A stretch of 64,000 bases of DNA, taken from contig CAZWTX010000001.1 of assembly GCA_964637135.1 (NCBI GenBank), positions 62,001 to 126,000 of the forward strand. The letters run 5' to 3'. Positions 62,223 through 64,000 of this stretch are shown piece after piece (the first letter of the stretch is position 1; each line of letters starts with the position of its first letter). Under the pieces are notes generated by a model. It had not been told where the DNA came from and made no database searches. It saw nothing but the letters and a program-made list of their open reading frames with translations. Both the position numbers and the translations under genes were made by a program. The stretch comes from an uncultured Methanospirillum sp. GTDB lineage: Archaea; Halobacteriota; Methanomicrobia; Methanomicrobiales; Methanospirillaceae.

Positions 62223-62918
62223 ATGTCGCATATCCTCACTGCTCTCCTGATCTTCAGTCTCTGTGTCCTCTGTTCACCGGCGGCTGCCGCGTATTGCATC
62301 AATATATCAGACGAGATGGGCGGGGCGGCTGCCTGGCAGGGGATCGGTGATCATCCTGACTCTCCCTGGTACACGCCGTTTTCCCTGAACGATACACCTG
62401 ATACCTGTATTGTGATCCCGGTTCCTACGATGCAGCAGCATTCCGAGATCTCCTGTGGTGCCTGTGCTGCTATCAATAATCTCCGGTACTGGGGCGAGGA
62501 CGGAGATGAAATGACCATCGCCGCCGAGATGGGCACGGTCCCGGTGTACGGGGTGAACGTTGAGACTATGGCAGAATGGTTCGAGAACCGGGGATGGACT
62601 GTTCACTCAAGTACCCGGGACGAGGACGGCAGCCTGGAGATGCTTCGTGAGCATCTTGCAGCCGGAATTCCGACCATGGTTGCATGGGCAGACTGGGGAG
62701 GACACTGGATGGTCGTGACCGGATATGACACGATGGGCACCGAGAATGAGATCGATGACGTGATCATCTTTTCAGATTCCTATGATATGACCGATCATAA
62801 CCAGGACGGGTATTACCGGTTCCCGGCATCGCGGTTCTATTCGCTCTGGTTTGTTCCCCACTGGTCTCCGGACCCTGATGCGGTTCGTCCGTGGCTGACT
62901 GCGGTTCCACCGGAGTGA
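62223..62918 (+). CDS. Secreted C39-family cysteine peptidase
   Basis: Signal peptide from ATG 62223; QQ....SCG (Gln/Cys), WGGHWMVVTGYD (His) and IFSDS (Asp) motifs. Confidence 0.85.
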   Translation: MSHILTALLIFSLCVLCSPAAAAYCINISDEMGGAAAWQGIGDHPDSPWYTPFSLNDTPDTCIVIPVPTMQQHSEISCGACAAINNLRYWGEDGDEMTIAAEMGTVPVYGVNVETMAEWFENRGWTVHSSTRDEDGSLEMLREHLAAGIPTMVAWADWGGHWMVVTGYDTMGTENEIDDVIIFSDSYDMTDHNQDGYYRFPASRFYSLWFVPHWSPDPDAVRPWLTAVPPE

Positions 62919-63133
62919 GGGGAGTGAGGGGAGTCGATACGTTATCCGGCCGTTTCGTATGCCTGGATGAAATCTTCACGAGTTATACCAGCCTGGGTGC
63001 AGATTGCCCGGAGAGTGGAACTTTTAAGGGTGTTATATCCCTGTTTATTGAATAAAGGGAGATGATGAACAGGGAAAATCTGATGATCCAATAACTACAC
63101 CATATTTTAATAGTATGACCTGAATTGACAATT

Positions 63134-63334
63134 ATGTCATATGAGGAGATTACCTGCAGAACATGCTCCGGATCAGGGAATGTCTCCTGTTCTGATTGCC
63201 AAGGGAAAGGTTCGTGGATTGAAATAATTGGGGGAGAATCAATCACTCGTATATGCCCTTATTGTGAGGGAAAAGGATTTAAAACGTGTAATACATGTAA
63301 AGGCTGGGGAAAAGAAAAAATCTGGGTTGATTGA
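63134..63334 (+). CDS. Stand-alone DnaJ-type zinc-finger protein (66 aa)
   Basis: Four CxxCxGxG repeats: CRTCSGSG, CSDCQGKG, CPYCEGKG and CNTCKGWG. Confidence 0.85.
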   Translation: MSYEEITCRTCSGSGNVSCSDCQGKGSWIEIIGGESITRICPYCEGKGFKTCNTCKGWGKEKIWVD

Positions 63335-63728
63335 TCCAATGCATAACATTTTGACAAAAATTGGCTTTTTGAAGCTTTTTTTAATACCTTTGAATATTTG
63401 TTCGTGCAGGGGTTCTGATTTCAAAATTAATGATATATAAAAATTTTAATAGTGCTGAATGTTTTAAAAAAAGGAAGATGATGGTAAAAGAAAGTACTGT
63501 AAATTCAAACGGTCATGTGGTTTTTTTAGGTAGATAAGTGCCGTTGAATTATCGACAATTTCCGCATACTATAAGAAGGATCGAATATCTAAACGTTAAT
63601 GGACAAAAACACTGATTGCCGCATAATTCAATGAATCCGTATCTTCTAGACAATATCTAAACTCTCAACAGAGAATAGGAAAAAGCGGCTCTGAAAATAG
63701 TATGTATAGCTTTAGATTCAGGCCTTAA

Positions 63729-63801
<73 letters not shown>

Positions 63802-63855
63802 ACTGATTCTGCGTCAGGCGTTATGCCTTGCGCCTATACATGTAGGAAAGTCGGA

Positions 63856-63863
63856 CTTATAAA
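63856..63863 (-). promoter_or_regulatory. Probable TATA box for tRNA-Thr
   Basis: TTTATAAG on the minus strand about 55 nt upstream of the tRNA 5' end. Confidence 0.5.
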
Positions 63864-64000
63864 AATTGTGAATGCCGGAATAAACCCATCGCTTATACCA
63901 TGTGGACATCCATCTGGGGGAACGGAATGGTGATATTTGCTTTTTTGAATTCCTCGTCTATCCGGCAGTTGATGAAATCCTTCACCTCGAAGGTCTTATC

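Noticed and set aside
62912..62934. GGAGTGAGG x2.5 at the C39 peptidase stop
   Set aside because: A short slippage repeat with no downstream gene to suggest function.

Overview
Archaeal chromosomal window, most likely from a Methanomicrobiales methanogen close to Methanospirillum. This is inferred from the gene content: expanded REC-PAS-histidine kinases, PKD/PEGA/TPR proteins, a sheath-protein-like ORF, a methanogen-type ThiI and tRNA genes without encoded CCA. The most notable locus is a co-oriented minus-strand run at the left end: tRNA-Cys, thiI, larE, a small ORF, then nifH-like, nifD-like and nifK-like genes (the last cut by the window edge). The nitrogenase-like genes are neither canonical nif nor cfbCD. 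They look like a group IV nitrogenase-fold reductase sitting next to sulfur-transfer genes, with an SsuABC/TauABC-type transporter nearby whose binding protein appears circularly permuted. The rest of the window holds a LivK-like/legumain (C13) fusion, a TetR and methyltransferase islet, three hybrid kinases built from shared modules, a soluble multi-PAS chemoreceptor, a yqjDEK-like triad, CotH, NYN-LOTUS, the ahbDABC heme pathway, AddAB, two papain-like peptidases, and an AT-rich islet with a stand-alone DnaJ-type zinc finger beside tRNA-Thr. No CRISPR array, rRNA or transposase was seen. All assignments come from motif recognition by eye, without database searches.
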